From positions 79,424,001 to 79,488,000 of the forward strand of contig NW_024704742.1 of the NCBI RefSeq assembly GCF_018977255.1: a stretch of DNA of 64,000 nucleotides, given 5' to 3'. Position numbers and translations under genes: made by a program. Numbering within the stretch: position 1 is the first letter of the stretch; every line of letters starts with the position of its first letter. Below the pieces are notes generated by a model, which did no database searches, had not been told where the DNA came from, and was given only the letters and a program-made list of their open reading frames with translations. This document shows positions 36,756 to 49,375 of the stretch, in pieces. Origin of the DNA: Callorhinchus milii. Its lineage: Eukaryota.

Positions 36756-37024
36756 TTGTAATAATAAAAAATATGCTTTTGAAGGTCTGCCAGTTTATCT
36801 TTCCTACAAAATGGACTGCTCCAATTTGGGAAGTGGTGGATCAAGCAACATGTGATAGCTGTAAAAATTTCTTCCCAACGTGAAAGGTGCTATACAAATG
36901 TAATTTGTTCATTGTTGGTGTTGTTAGCCTTTGTACAAATAAAACCAAGCAGAATGATATATTTTCCACCTTAGCAATATTTATAAATATTTGAAATTTC
37001 TAGCAAAAATTATTGAGATTGAAA

Positions 37025-37575
37025 GAACGTTGTCGAAGAGGAGGGTGTTGAGATGGGCCTTTAAGGAGGCAAAGGAGGGAGAGAGGCAGAGGGACTGCGG
37101 GATGGAGTTCTGGAGGGTGGGGGCAGAGTGGCAGATGGCCTGCGCCAATTAGTGGGGCGAGCGAAGCGGGGGACGTGAAGCAGGCCGGAGCCCACTGAGC
37201 GGAGGGAGCGAGCAGGGTGGTAGGGGATTAGGAAGTCACGGGCTGCAGAGTTCTGGATGATCTGCAGTCTATGGAGGGAGGAGTTGGGGAGGCCAACAAG
37301 CAGTGAGTTTGCATAGTCAAGCCTCAATGTAATGAAAGCATGTATGAGGGTTTCGGTGGCCTGTGGTGTGAGACAGTGGCGGAGCCGGGTGATGTTGCAG
37401 AGGTGGAGAAGGCAGAGCCGGTCATGGCACAGATGTGGGGTAGAAAAGATAATTGAGGATCAAACAAGACCCCAAGGTTCCGGACTGTCTTAGCAACGTG
37501 GAGTGTGCAACTATGGATGTTGATGCTGTCAGTGCCTGAGGTGTGGAGGCGCTGACAGGAGCCAATCAGGAGAGT
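37025..37575 (-). mobile_element. L2 fragment with internal deletion
   Basis: Minus ORF 37061-37327 RLDYANSLLVGLPNSSLHRLQIIQNSAAR/DFLIPYHPARSLRS; same subfamily as 13236-14045. Confidence 0.92.
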
Positions 37576-38269
37576 AATAAATATTTAACTTAAACAACGC
37601 AGGTTTGAGGCATGCACTAAGGACTGTTATGTTGCTCTTCATGGCTGAATCAAAACAAAACACCTACAGTCTCACTTTCGATTAATATGTAAGTACAAAA
37701 CTGCGAGTTTGAAAAAGGTCGATATGCAATTATTTTTATTGAGACTTCTCTTCGTAACAGCAAAAACACATGAAGATTCATAAGGCTGGGAAAATAATCT
37801 CTGTCATGAGGCAAATTGCTTCCAGAATAGTTTATTCAAATTGGTGGAAAACTGAGTCCATAAGCTTTTACAATGAAGTTGGCATGATTGCTAAGGCACC
37901 ATTGACAAAGGAGGCCATCTATGTGATTTGACAAATGTAATAACTAGTAGCTCCCTACAGATAAGATGATGATATTACAACAACACCCTCTAATTTTTTT
38001 GGAACTAACAGCCTGATCTTGAATCTTAAGTTTGTTTTTAAATTCTAGGCACTACACATTGCAAAGTGTTGACTAGTGACAGTGTTGCTATGCCCAGGGG
38101 TTCTGCTGACAAAGGTACTGCCCAGTGTTGAATTGAGCCGAGAAAAATGAAGGTCCCTGGGCTAATGGGGACACAAAATCAGCCAGGTTTCCTATTCTTT
38201 ACCAGCTTCTAGTGACAACTGCTTAATGCTTGTCTTGTGCTTGTCTTTGTGGGGGGAGGGAAGGAAGGT

Positions 38270-38450
38270 GGTATCTTTTTGTATGAGTTTGTTTGTCTTA
38301 TTGTCTGTGCAAGCATATGCATGGTGTTTCCGTGTATGAATATGTGTCTGCGTGAGATGTGTCTGTTTCTGAGTATGAGTGTGCGTGTTTGTCTGTATGT
38401 CAGAATATGTGTGTGTTTGTGGAGGGATGGGATGGTGGTCTGTATTTGTT
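38270..38450. repeat. GT-rich low-complexity tract
   Basis: Seen directly in the sequence. Confidence 0.7.
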
Positions 38451-38769
38451 TGAAGAGCTCTAGAAATTGACCTCACGCCTTCGAAAAGGGAAAGGGAAAT
38501 CAGTTAGGATCCTGCCCCTATCCCTCTCTTGTGGTTTCTACTGGAGGTGTATGTGTGTGGACTTGGAGAGAGAAAGGGCAGTTTCTGTCTCAATTGCGAT
38601 GCCTCCTCCAACAAAATTCAACTCACTGTAGGAGCTCACATATAAATAATGGACATTTGGGAGAGGAACTATAGGGTGTCCAGTGCACGAGGAACTGTAC
38701 TGTAGTGTAAGGAAAAAGTAGTTGAGCACATTCAGGAGGGGAGGAGAAAGTTTGGTGTGAAAATAATGA

Positions 38770-39060
38770 AAATCCACCACTCAATCTCAACCCACGACTG
38801 GGACACTGCTGTGCCAATTGGCTGCTGCGTTTTGCGCATAAAATATACAGGTCAATCCAATTTACAGTATATTCTGTGAAGTGCTTTGAGACGCCTCAAT
38901 GACGTGGTAAGGCGCTATATTTGATGCAACAACAACAACAACAAAACAATAATTGTATGGCACCTTTCATGTTGGGAGGACGTCCCAAGGCTCTGGACAG
39001 ATAGAGTTTTGGATCCGAGTTGGGGGTCGGGATGCAAGGATTATTATTATTAATAATAAT
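38770..39060 (+). mobile_element. Deu-SINE 3' part whose tail is interrupted by an antisense L2 tail (38927-39030)
   Basis: ggcgctatatttgatgcaa [caacaac...L2 tail] gatgcaaggattattat; gatgcaa is duplicated at both junctions. Confidence 0.75.
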
Positions 39061-39829
39061 ATAATAATATTTGAAGTATGAAGACTTAATAATTTCAGCA
39101 CTTAAACCTGTGGCATTTAACAAACAAGTGAAGATATTCACACCAGTCATGCTACATATCTTGTTAATCTCTGATGTACCAATGAGTGCCAGCAACTTGT
39201 CTCTCCATCAACCTAGAAATAGTAGCTGTTTTCTGCTTACACATAAATCTTAATGAAGCAACAATGCGTGACAAGTCTTGATGGTTTTGTGACTCCAGGC
39301 TCTTTCTCTGAATATGTAACATGTAGCATTGCAGCAGCAAATTATTTAAATATGAGATAAGTAGAGCATGTAAGAATGATTTACTTACTGCTATTGAAGT
39401 TAACTGGAACAATGGCTGGTAGACTGACAGGACATGTAAAAGCTCTTTACTTAATGTTGTCCCTCATAGTTTTTTAAAAAGCATGTGCAACAATACACAA
39501 CTTACTTTCAATCTCCAAACCCATCAATGATCCATAAAACTGCTGCTTTGCAGAATTTAATATTAGCATGAATTCCATGTAAAATTTGCATTAAAGCTAA
39601 TAAGTGTAATGGGCTTCCAGTTATGGCTTTTGCAGGGAGAATAGCTTCTCCCTTTATATCAACTCAACACATTTAGATTATGTTTGAATTGTGATTCAAG
39701 TTGCAAAGATTGTTGCCCCACTACCACCTCTGCATCCAAATGTACACAAAGAGGGGGAATAGAAGGATTTGGGGGGAACTTGCGGGTTAAGGGAGAATTA
39801 GGATGGCTGGTGTGTGCACACCGGGATTC

Positions 39830-40230
39830 ACCTTCAAAGCCCCCTACTGTCGTGTTCTCCTCTACCTCTGTGACCCCCTAACCCCATATCAGCCTGTCCA
39901 TGCTCTCCGCTTGCCAGACATCGGTCTGCTTCAGGTCCCCACACTTCCTACCCCACCATTGGCAGTCAGGCATTCAGCATTTCTGCCCCCACACTCTGGA
40001 ACTTTACCCCGCAATCCTTCTGACTCACGCCCTATCTTGCCTCCTTCAACTCCTGTCTAAAGACCTTCCTCTTTGACTGTGCCTTCAACCACCTACCCAC
40101 CCCTAACCCCCTGCCTTGCACCCCTCCTGACCCCAATTTCCAGCTCGGGTACAAAACCCCTGATTGTCCAGTGCCCTGGGATGTTTATCCGACATGAAGG
40201 TTCCTATATAAGCGTAATGTGTTGTTGATA
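39830..40230 (+). mobile_element. L2 3' fragment
   Basis: caccttcaaagcccc...ctctggaact...aagaccttcctctttgac...tatataagcgtaatgtgttgttg. Confidence 0.85.
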
Positions 40231-40309
40231 TTGGACCTGTTGTGTCAAATGGCCTGTTTTCATGCTGCAGATTCTCCAGATGCTCTCTAGGTAAATTCAT
40301 CGCCAAAAT

Positions 40310-40790
40310 TCTGATGAATTGGCTGCTCACCTCATTGTTTGTGAGACATTGCTGGTGCAAATGAGCTGCCACATTTGCCTTCATATTAACACTCACTTCA
40401 TTCCTAATTACTCTCATTTCGTGAAGTGCATGGAGACGTTTCTTTTATGTGAAAGGTACAACATAAATGTGTTGTTGTGGCAGCAGCACAGGATATCTTT
40501 CATCCGTAAATGTTAATGTTTGCATTAATTGCCTTTAATTCAACAACAACTTAGATTTATACAGTGCCCTCAAGCAGTGTAGGACCTCAGAGCACTTTCT
40601 CACAGGTATGACCAGCAACAAAAGTAATAATAATCTTCATAATAATAATCCTTGCGTTTGCTATAGTGCCTTAACATGTTGTTGAGACGTCTCAAAATGC
40701 TTCACAGAGTATTGTGTAAAATGAATTGACTGTATATTTTGTGGGCAAAATAATAATAATAATTGTGTTTGATATAGTGGCTTATCACAC
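40310..40790. mobile_element. Cluster of SINE/L2 tail fragments in both orientations
   Basis: Plus fragment 40310-40480; minus tails 40540-40600, 40625-40750, 40750-40790. Confidence 0.7.
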
Positions 40791-40797
40791 CAGCCAG

Positions 40798-41765
40798 ATC
40801 ATAGAATCATAGAATCATACAGCACAGAAAGAGGCCATTTGGCCCAACATGTCTGCGTCGGCTGCGAAAAGAGCAATCCAACTCATTCCCACTGGCCTGC
40901 TTTCTCTTCATAGCCCTGCAATCCTGTCCTCCCCAAATACCCATCTACCTCTCTCTTAAAAAATGTTATTGAATCAACTTCCACTATTCTTTTAGGTAAT
41001 GCATTCCAGATCCAAACAACTCGCTGGGTGAAACATTTTTTCCTAACCTCTCCTCTGTTTCTTTTAACAACTAACTTAAATCGGTGTCCTCGGGTTACTG
41101 ACCCACATGCCAGTGGAAACAGTTTTTCCCAAATCCTCTCATGATCTTGAAAACCTCTATTAAATCCTCTCTTAATTTTCTCTGCTCGAGGGAGAATATT
41201 CCTAGTTTTGTTAATCTCTCCTCATAACTAAGGTCCTTCATTCCTGGTACCATCTTGGTACCATCCAATGCCCTAACATCTTTCCTAAAGTGCAGTGCCC
41301 AGAACTGAACGCAGGACTCCCAACTGAGGCCTAACCACCATTTTATAAATATTCAACATAACCTCCTGACTTTTGAATTCTATGCCCCTATTTATAAAAC
41401 CTAGTATCCTGTTTGCTTTTTTAATAGCTTTATCTACCTGTCCTGCCATCTTCAGAGATTTGCTTACATGGACCCCCAGGTTTCTGTGTTCATTTGCCCC
41501 CTTTAAGATTGTACCATCAGCTTATACTGCGCATTTCTCCACATTAAACCTCATCTGCCATGTTTCTGCCCATTTTACCAATCCGTCTAAGTCCTCTTGG
41601 AGTCTGGTGCTATCCTCCTCACCATTAACTACTTTTCCTGGCTTAGTATTGTCAGCAAATTTGGAAATTGTGCTCCCTATATTCAGGTCAAGATCATTAA
41701 TATAGATCAGAAAGAGCAGTGGTCCCAATCCCGACCCCTGCGGGACACCACTACACACCTCCCTC
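40798..41765 (-). mobile_element. CR1 LINE 3' ~1 kb including RT core remnant
   Basis: Minus ORF 41522-41860 SGVPQGSGLGPLLFLIYINDLD...SKFADNTK...LQEDLDGLVKWAETWQMRFNVEKC; tail atcatagaatcatagaatcat. Confidence 0.95.
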
Positions 41766-42864
41766 CCTCCTACACACCTCAGACTGTTTAAAAGCACTTT
41801 AAAAGAGTTTATTATAAAGTGCTGTATATCAGTAGGTAATGCGGCAGTCCATTTACCCACAGCAATGTCTGAACTGCAGCAAATAGTAGAGCTTAAAAAT
41901 GTCTTTTAACAGCTTTAAAAAATACACATACTTTAGTTCTCTTCCCTGATATTCTGCCGCTTTTCTGTACTCCATAAAAATCTTGGCTTTTGACTTAAAT
42001 TCAGATGAGAGTCTTTTTCTCTCAGCGCTTCTATAGTGGCAAATTACATTCAGAACACACTTTAGCCCCAGGGTGTAACTACTACCGATGCATCCCAAAC
42101 AATCACTTTGTCGACCTCTTCTCTCAGGAGACCATGATGCCTGTTGTCTCAAACATACTGGGTTCAATTTAGTTTGCTTCTTTGCGTTGCTGGTAACAAT
42201 TTGCAAATGGTTCAACGACCATTTTGTACACTCAGTCAAATGCAATTCAGTTTAGATGTAATTTGCAGATATATTCTAAAGTCCTGTGTAATTTAGGTGA
42301 GTTCTGTGAAGCGCAATTCCAGACTCGGGAAAGTTTCCAAGGATCGGTGGCATGCATATGTGGGACTCTCAGTCAGGTTTGGATATTCTTAAGCATGGTG
42401 AAGGGCTTGAAGACATTTTCCTGTTAAAGGCACTGTATAAGTGCAAGGTGCTATTATTTGGAGTTGTGTGCCCAACATTCTTATACAAACTAATTTTGAC
42501 AGATTCAAAAACACATATTGAATCTCTTAAGAAATACCACACTTTTCACCTCATTATCTGTTTACAACGGAGTTTCCATTTTCCAACCCTAACATCCATT
42601 AGCTTAATGAGCACCTAAAGACACATGTACCGTTTAAAAATGTAAAATCTGTAGAGAATTAATTTAACATTATGGAGTTACATTTGTGGTATTCCTTAAT
42701 TACCATTTTGCATTTCTTAATTATCATTTCACTAATTACCGCTATTAATTGAAGAGATAATTATGGGTTAAGAACAGGAGTTTAGAATTCTGATACAATT
42801 AATATTTAGTATTCCTTTTCCTGGCCTGGCAAACAATCCACCAGATACAATTGGCCATTAACTT

Positions 42865-43215
42865 CATGCCATCCTACTTGACCATCTCTCCTCCCTCATC
42901 ACTTGAGTGGGATTGCCCTCTCCAGGTTCACGTTATATTTCAAACAAAAACAGAAGTCGCTGGGAACACTCAGTAGGTCAGGCAGCATCTATGGAGAAAG
43001 GAAAGTGAGTCAACATTTCGGGTCCACGACCCTTCGTTATTTCAGATTTCCAGCAAGTCCTATTTGCTTCACTCCCAACATTTTGTTTCCTCTAATGCTT
43101 TTTCCTCTTGTGGTGTACCCCAAGGTTCTATTCTCAGCCTTTTGCTCAATTACATGCTCCCTCTTGGTGATATCATCCAGAGACACGGTGTCAACTTCCA
43201 CATTCCACAGTTCCT
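42865..43215 (+). mobile_element. Decayed L2 RT fragment, host of the Penelope-like insert
   Basis: tgtggtgtaccccaaggttctattctc (CGVPQGSIL) and tacatgctccctcttggtgatatcatccagagacacggtgtcaacttccac (YMLPLGDIIQRHGVNFH). Confidence 0.82.
42941..43055 (-). mobile_element. Penelope-like terminal remnant with decayed hammerhead ribozyme motif
   Basis: Minus strand ...ACGA-A-GGGTC-gtg-GACCC-GAAA-tgtt; flanks (ctcagtaggtcaggcagcatctatggag; ttcagatttccagca) match a repeat I recall as common in chondrichthyans. Confidence 0.65.
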
Positions 43216-43714
43216 AGGTATAAATTAATTAATTAAATTTCAGGAATAGATTAAAGAATACTGCAAATATTGCCCCGTAATGTCCTGCTTTAGACTACAT
43301 TGCAGGATGAGACTGATACCTTGGCATTTGGTTAGATCACTTTAGGGGATCAGGGATACATTTGACAGAGCTTTATCTTGAGCATTATACTTGTGGCTAT
43401 TCATCTTTCTCTGGAAATTAAGTGAATTGATGGTGATCTATAACTACTTGTGTTGTGCATTCAGATGATGGAAGGAATGGTTTAAAAGAACCAAACTCCC
43501 TTTCCTTGTTTTGTGCTTCCGTATGTTCTGAATAATAAAGTTTTTTTAATCTTCTGATAGCTCCATGTTTCTGGACCTTCCTTGTGGCAGGTCATTCATT
43601 CTGCCACATCCTTTGAGTGGTGCAAACAGTGTTGACAGTAAGCACTGAAACACCAAGAACATCAACAGCAATTATTCATTCGTCATCTGAGACTTTCCCA
43701 GTCTGGTGGCAGGT

Positions 43715-44100
43715 GGCAGCCTGGCTCAGCTGGTAACACTCTCGCCTCTGATTCAGAAGGTTGTGGTATTCCTAAGGCTGAGAATCCAGTGGAGAGCCGA
43801 GGGAACATTGTTGGAGGTGTCTTCCTTCGGATGAGACATTAAACCAAGGTTGTGTCTGTCTATTCAGGTGGATGTTAAAGATCTCATGGCACTATTCGAA
43901 AAGAGTAGGGAGTTTCTCTTGGTGTCCTGGCCAATAAATCCCCAGTTAAAATTGTTTGTGAGATATTGTTGTGCATAAATTGGCCGCTGTATTTGCCTGC
44001 AAAATACACAGTCACTAAATCCTGTGAAAAACTATTGAGATGTCTTCCTCAAGTAAAAGGCTCTATATCAAGTATAAGGATTGTGGATATTACTATTTTA
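43715..44100 (+). mobile_element. Older Deu-domain SINE
   Basis: tggctcagctggtaacactctcgcctctg...ttcggatgagacattaaacc...caggtggatgttaaagatc. Confidence 0.9.
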
Positions 44101-46049
44101 CTATTATTATTTTTATTATTCACAATGGTGTTCTATATCTTTAGTGCTTTAGCTCCATATCTTTAATAATGCAAGTGGAACCCAGCAAGGGAATCATAAT
44201 TCAAATCCCTGTAGTTTACTCCATTTTAGGTATTTATCTAGTTCCCTTTTGAAAGTAATTCTGCGTCAACCACTGCTCCCAGCAGGGTATTCCATATCCT
44301 TATTACATAGGTAGGAGCATAAGTAAGCTGGGTCTATTTTATAGGTAGATGAGCTGGACTCAGGTGTGTGGGACGTGGAACATCTGGCAACCATTCCATG
44401 TTCAAGCCAAATGGGATTTGAAACTTATGCCTGTTTGCATGTTTTGTGTTCTACACTCTGAACTGCTCTCAAACCAAGGGTTGAAGCAGTTTAGAGGGAG
44501 GAAGTGGCACATACTCTGAGTTTTAAGTGCTCTGAGAAGTTATCCTGTGTGATGACGCAGTATAAATGCAAGATGATGTTGTTGTTGTTGAAAAGTGTAT
44601 TATCCCATGTTTTCCTATTCAGTACCCAACATTATATTTATCAAAGACTTTGAGATGTTTTTTGCACAGAAGGTGCAAGGTGTTATTGTTGCAGTAGATT
44701 GTATGTGTGAATTCTCTGAATAATTTTTTGTTTGTCTGTTAGGCAAATCTATTTTTTTTGTAATGAAGTGTGATGCAATCGAACATTTTTCCTCTTTTGC
44801 AATACTACCAATTAACCTCAGATCTGGTTCAACTCCCGCATGTGTCTCAGACCTGCCTGAAACATTTCCAGACCTGCTCAGAAGTTAATTCCACTTCAAC
44901 TTCCACTTTAGAAAAGGCAGATTGTGGTCAAAGGATGCTCGTGGGAGATCGGTGTCTGAGTGGTTGCCAGCAGATTGGCCTGAGACACATAAGGGCACCT
45001 GCAGAATTTTGCTCTCTGGGAATCCTGTAAATTATTCCCTAGATTGGATTTTTCTTTGCCGCGCAGTCATCCTCATCTTCTCTGACTGAAGCTGTCAATT
45101 TAGCACCATTTACGACCATGTGATAGGCAGCTTTGCTGTTGACATGTGCCTTGTAACAGAGCTGAGTGTAACCAAGCTCACTTCATTTAGCACTCTTGCA
45201 GCCGGTAGAAAGATAAGACCTTTGTTATATACGTCTGGTTTGAAATCAAGCTCAGGTCACTGAGTTGAATTTATGGTCTTCGAATGCATTATGCTATCAA
45301 GATTTCCACCTATGCTTCCATATGTACATATTACAATGTGATTGCTTTCATCTCAGTGAGTACTGAATTGTCGTCTCTGCACTCCACATGTTTTCCTACC
45401 CTCTAATTTATTGGTGTGATGAAAAAATTCTTTGCCTTGTACAGCTTATCTTTAAATGGTTTGTAGAGAAAAAATTACCATTAACCTTAAGACATTATCC
45501 CTACACAAACAAAACACACCCACTGTGAATTAAGAAGGCAGATTTGTGTCACAAATGAAAGCTGGAACACTTTCCACTGGCCCTTTGCTGAAATGACCTC
45601 TATTTCCTTTTGACAGCTGATAATTTGAAATGAGCCTTGATAGCTAAACCTACATCTGCCTTTTGATCAGTTAGAGAAAAAAAATCTGAAATGGCCAAAG
45701 AGTTGAAAACCTTCCTGTCCTTTCTGATTTCAATCTAGGAAGTCAAGATTCAGCCCCTGAGAGTAATTGTTATCAACAGCCCTGCAAGCTGCTGTGAACA
45801 TTTGACTTTACTGAGGCAGAAACAAGCTTGCAACTCCTGCTTCTGTTTACCAGCTGCTCTCTCTCTCGCCTTTGAATACACGCTAATTTCAATCTGAGCC
45901 AATAAATTAAAAATTCCCTCTGCAACACTCAAATTTGTGGCAGGATTTGCTCTGCTCCAGAGTTCAATGCACTGCTCAACAGCTAAACTGAAATAAAGTA
46001 TGAAGTTGACTTGCATAGAGTTACACAGAGTGATATGGCATGGAAATAA

Positions 46050-46200
46050 TTCCTTTCTAAAGGATAGAGGGATTGAGGGATATGGGGACAGGATGGGTAA
46101 ATGGAATTAGGTTAGTAGATCAGCCATGACCTTATTAAATGGCGGGGCAGGCTCGAGGGGCCAAATGGCCTACTCCTGCTCCTACGTCTTATAGTCTTAT
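46050..46200 (+). mobile_element. CR1 3'UTR fragment
   Basis: gagggatatgggg...agatcagccatgacc...caggctcgaggggccaaatggcctactcctgctcc. Confidence 0.85.
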
Positions 46201-47214
46201 GGAAACAGGCCATTTGACCCACCAATATGTGTCCCTGTTTATGATCCACAAAAGCTCCCATCCCTCCTATTCTCCTCTTCTGTACCACTCTATTACCTTC
46301 ATTTGATAAAAAAAATTGCCGACAACCCATTTTAATAATTGATACACACAACGATTTGGATGTCCAAAACATGAAGATTGAACTGCGCAATAAGCACTGA
46401 CCAGTCTCATATAAGGTATCTGATGGAGCATAGGTTAGCTCTGGATGGAAAGTAATTGGTGTATTCAGTGTATTGCTTGGTTCACCTGGGGCACAGTCTT
46501 TGAGACTGTCCAGTAAATTTACAAACACAGCACATGTAGAGTGCTGCAGTCTGTCAAATAATATGCTTCTCCTGAGAACTATAGATTGAGTGTTTCAGCT
46601 TATCATGAAAATGCAATGCTTGCATAAACTCACATTGTTTTTGTTGTATACCGCATTAGTTTGATGTGTAGGACATGGCCGTACACAAATAGAATGAAGT
46701 CAGAGCCAAGCTGTGCATTACTAGCATAGGATGGTTATGCCAGATGGTTAATGAAAAAAATGTATTTTTTTCTCTATGGCATATTCTTGTGGTTTATTCA
46801 GAAATGGCATATGTATTTAATGCTGTAGTAATGTTTTGATCCAACACATGAAAAGATATCTGCATCATTGGGTACAAATTTCCATGCTTGCTTGGAGGCG
46901 ATTCATTAATTCAATAATTGTTTTTTAGCCAATTGACCTCGGCAGCATGAAGTGTGAATTGTCCCCAGTTGGTAACTGCTCCAAGAAGTTACCCTGCATG
47001 AAATGTCTCCTGTCTTGGCTTCATAAAAATATGGAAATATCCAATAGCCAGAACAGAACATTACCCTTCTACCTTGAAATGCAATTTACTAAAAGTGTTA
47101 ACTATTTCTTTTCCAATTATTTTTATTTGCTTCCGTATTCCCCCATTCCATGTCACTCAATATAATCAGCATTGTCAGTCAGTCAGAGGCATTTTCAATC
47201 AGAAAGTTCAGTCA

Positions 47215-47605
47215 GAAGCACTCTCACCTCTGAGTCAGAGATTGTGGGTTCAAGCTTCCCTCATAACTGGATTTGGAACTCACATAGTATAGTGTACTCC
47301 AGAGCAGTGCTAGGGGAGCATTACATTGTCAGACATGTTAACCTGAAGTCCCCTCTGCCTGTTCAGGTGGACATTAGGTGAATCGATCCGAGGGCACGAT
47401 TTGAGTTTCACCTGGTGTGTTCTGGCCAACAAAGCCCCATTAAAAACTGGTCATTCACTTAATTGTTTATAGGACAATACTGTGCGCAAATTAGCTGCTG
47501 TGTTCGTCCACAAAATATACAGTTGCAACACTTTACAGTGAATACTGCTTTGATAAATCTTCCTGATGTAAAAGATGCTACATCAAATGTAATGATTATT
47601 ATCAT
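47215..47605 (+). mobile_element. Older Deu-domain SINE
   Basis: gcactctcacctctgagtcagagattgtgggttcaagc...ctgcctgttcaggtggac...tail. Confidence 0.85.
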
Positions 47606-48439
47606 AGTCATCGAACAGAGTGGACAATGCTGTTTTTTAACTAGGCACAAGGAGTTGAACCAGTGCAGCCATTTGCTTCCTTTCCCATGAACTTTGACCC
47701 TTCTTGCCTGTTCCCTTAACTGTATTTGGGAATTGCTATATGACAAGCTTAAGGTATGAACTTCCGTTCTACCACTTTCATTTTATTTCTACATTGTTAA
47801 AAATAAATGTTGCATTAGAATCCATTTCAGAGCAATTTTTGTAATGAATTGTCTATATTTTCTTTCCACTGTCCAAAAAAAAATGTGATGTTTCATCATA
47901 AAATAAAATAAAATACAGTGGCTACCCCTCAGGCTTTGACACAATTCATTTCCAAATGATACTAAGGAAGCTTTTGTCATTCCAAGTGCTTTGCTGAAAT
48001 GCCCAAAAATATTGAGAAAGCGCCTGTTTTCAGCAGAGAGTAAGGTTCTAAGGGTTTACCAGTGTAATATCTTTCCCAATGATCATGAATCAGTACCCAG
48101 CACGTACCTCATTGAGGTGTCTAAAAGCTCCTTAAAAAATCATTATTAGTTAACCTAGGTTAGTTAGTTTGTGTCGGTTTCATTTACATGGAAATAGCTT
48201 CCTTTGCCAGTGTTAGTGCTGCAACTTGCCACTGCCTTGAAAGACCTTTCAACATCTAAGTGTTTCTAAACTGCTTGAAATTAGGGTTCAAGTTTGGGTC
48301 GACTCCAACATAATGCACAACTGCCGATTGTGTATAGTTTTTCAAACCAGAATCATAGGAGATAAAGCCTAGAGCTACCTCCAGAACCAACTTTTCTGCT
48401 GAGAAACCCAGATCTAGTTTGCTACAATTGATACTGCCC

Positions 48440-48890
48440 TCTCCCTGTGTTCTTGTATGGTGCGATCTGATGCAAGATTATAGTTGGTGAGGCCATTTTA
48501 CCTTCACTTCAATTCGCTACCCTTCTCTGGATAAGCCTCAATTTTCTTCAGCTAAACACCAGCAAACTGAAGTCACCCTGTTCAGCCTTTGGGAGGGTTT
48601 TCTTGCCTGGCTCCATCAGTTCCTTTGGTTGCGTTCTAACTAAGCTAAGCCACCGAGTAACTTAATCCTCAACTCTGCTTCAAATCCTACATCTGGTCCT
48701 TGACGTCTTCCATCTCCAGAACATCACATACTTACATGCCTGTCTGAAACCCAATGTAGCCTTAATCCATGTTTTTCTCACTGTGAAACTAGCTTTCCTC
48801 AAAGGTCTATTTGTCAGTCACCCAAACTTCTCTCTCCTTAATCTCCAACTCACACAGACCTTCCAACTACCATCCATCTTATCACAGCCA
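48440..48890 (+). mobile_element. Very old L2 ORF2 remnant
   Basis: tttcttcagctaaacaccagcaaactgaag (frameshifted FLQLNxxKTE); ttccatctccagaacatc (FHLQNI). Confidence 0.55.
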
Positions 48891-49082
48891 ACTCAGCACA
48901 CACCAGAGATTTAGCTTGGGACCTCCCTGATCTGAATGTTAGCATACAGTTGAGGTACAGATTAATCATCAGTTCACTGATGACTGATCCTATCTTCTGG
49001 TGCTGAGTCATTGCAAGTTTGAAAAAGATTTGAAAGAATTGATTAAATGAGCCTGTGCATCATTCAATACTGCATACTGAAG

Positions 49083-49375
49083 TAATAATAATAATAATGA
49101 TGATAATAATAATAATAGCAACTTTCAACCCTTGGACACCCCAAAGCACTTCACAGGATATATTGTAAACTAGAGTGATTCTGTGTTTGTGGGCAAACGC
49201 GGCAGGCAATTTGTGCACAGCAATGTCCCACAAACAGCCATGGAGTGAATAACCAATTTTATTTGAGTGATTGTTGGCCAGGACATCAGGAGAAACTCCA
49301 TTTTCTTTATAAATTATGCCATGGGATCTTTAATGTCCACCTGAATAGGCAGACAGGGCCTCGGTTTAATGTTTT
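49083..49375 (-). mobile_element. Deu-SINE 3' two-thirds
   Basis: (aat)n...gcaatgtcccacaaacagcc...gggatctttaatgtccacctgaataggcagacagggcctcggtttaa. Confidence 0.9.

Noticed and set aside
45101..45123. miR-29-like start TAGCACCATTT
   Set aside because: Similarity ends after 11 nt and there is no complementary 5' arm to form a precursor hairpin.
46310..46400. Protein-looking frame IIDTHNDLDVQNMKIELRNKH*
   Set aside because: No splice acceptor or recognisable family; adjacent to CR1 debris.
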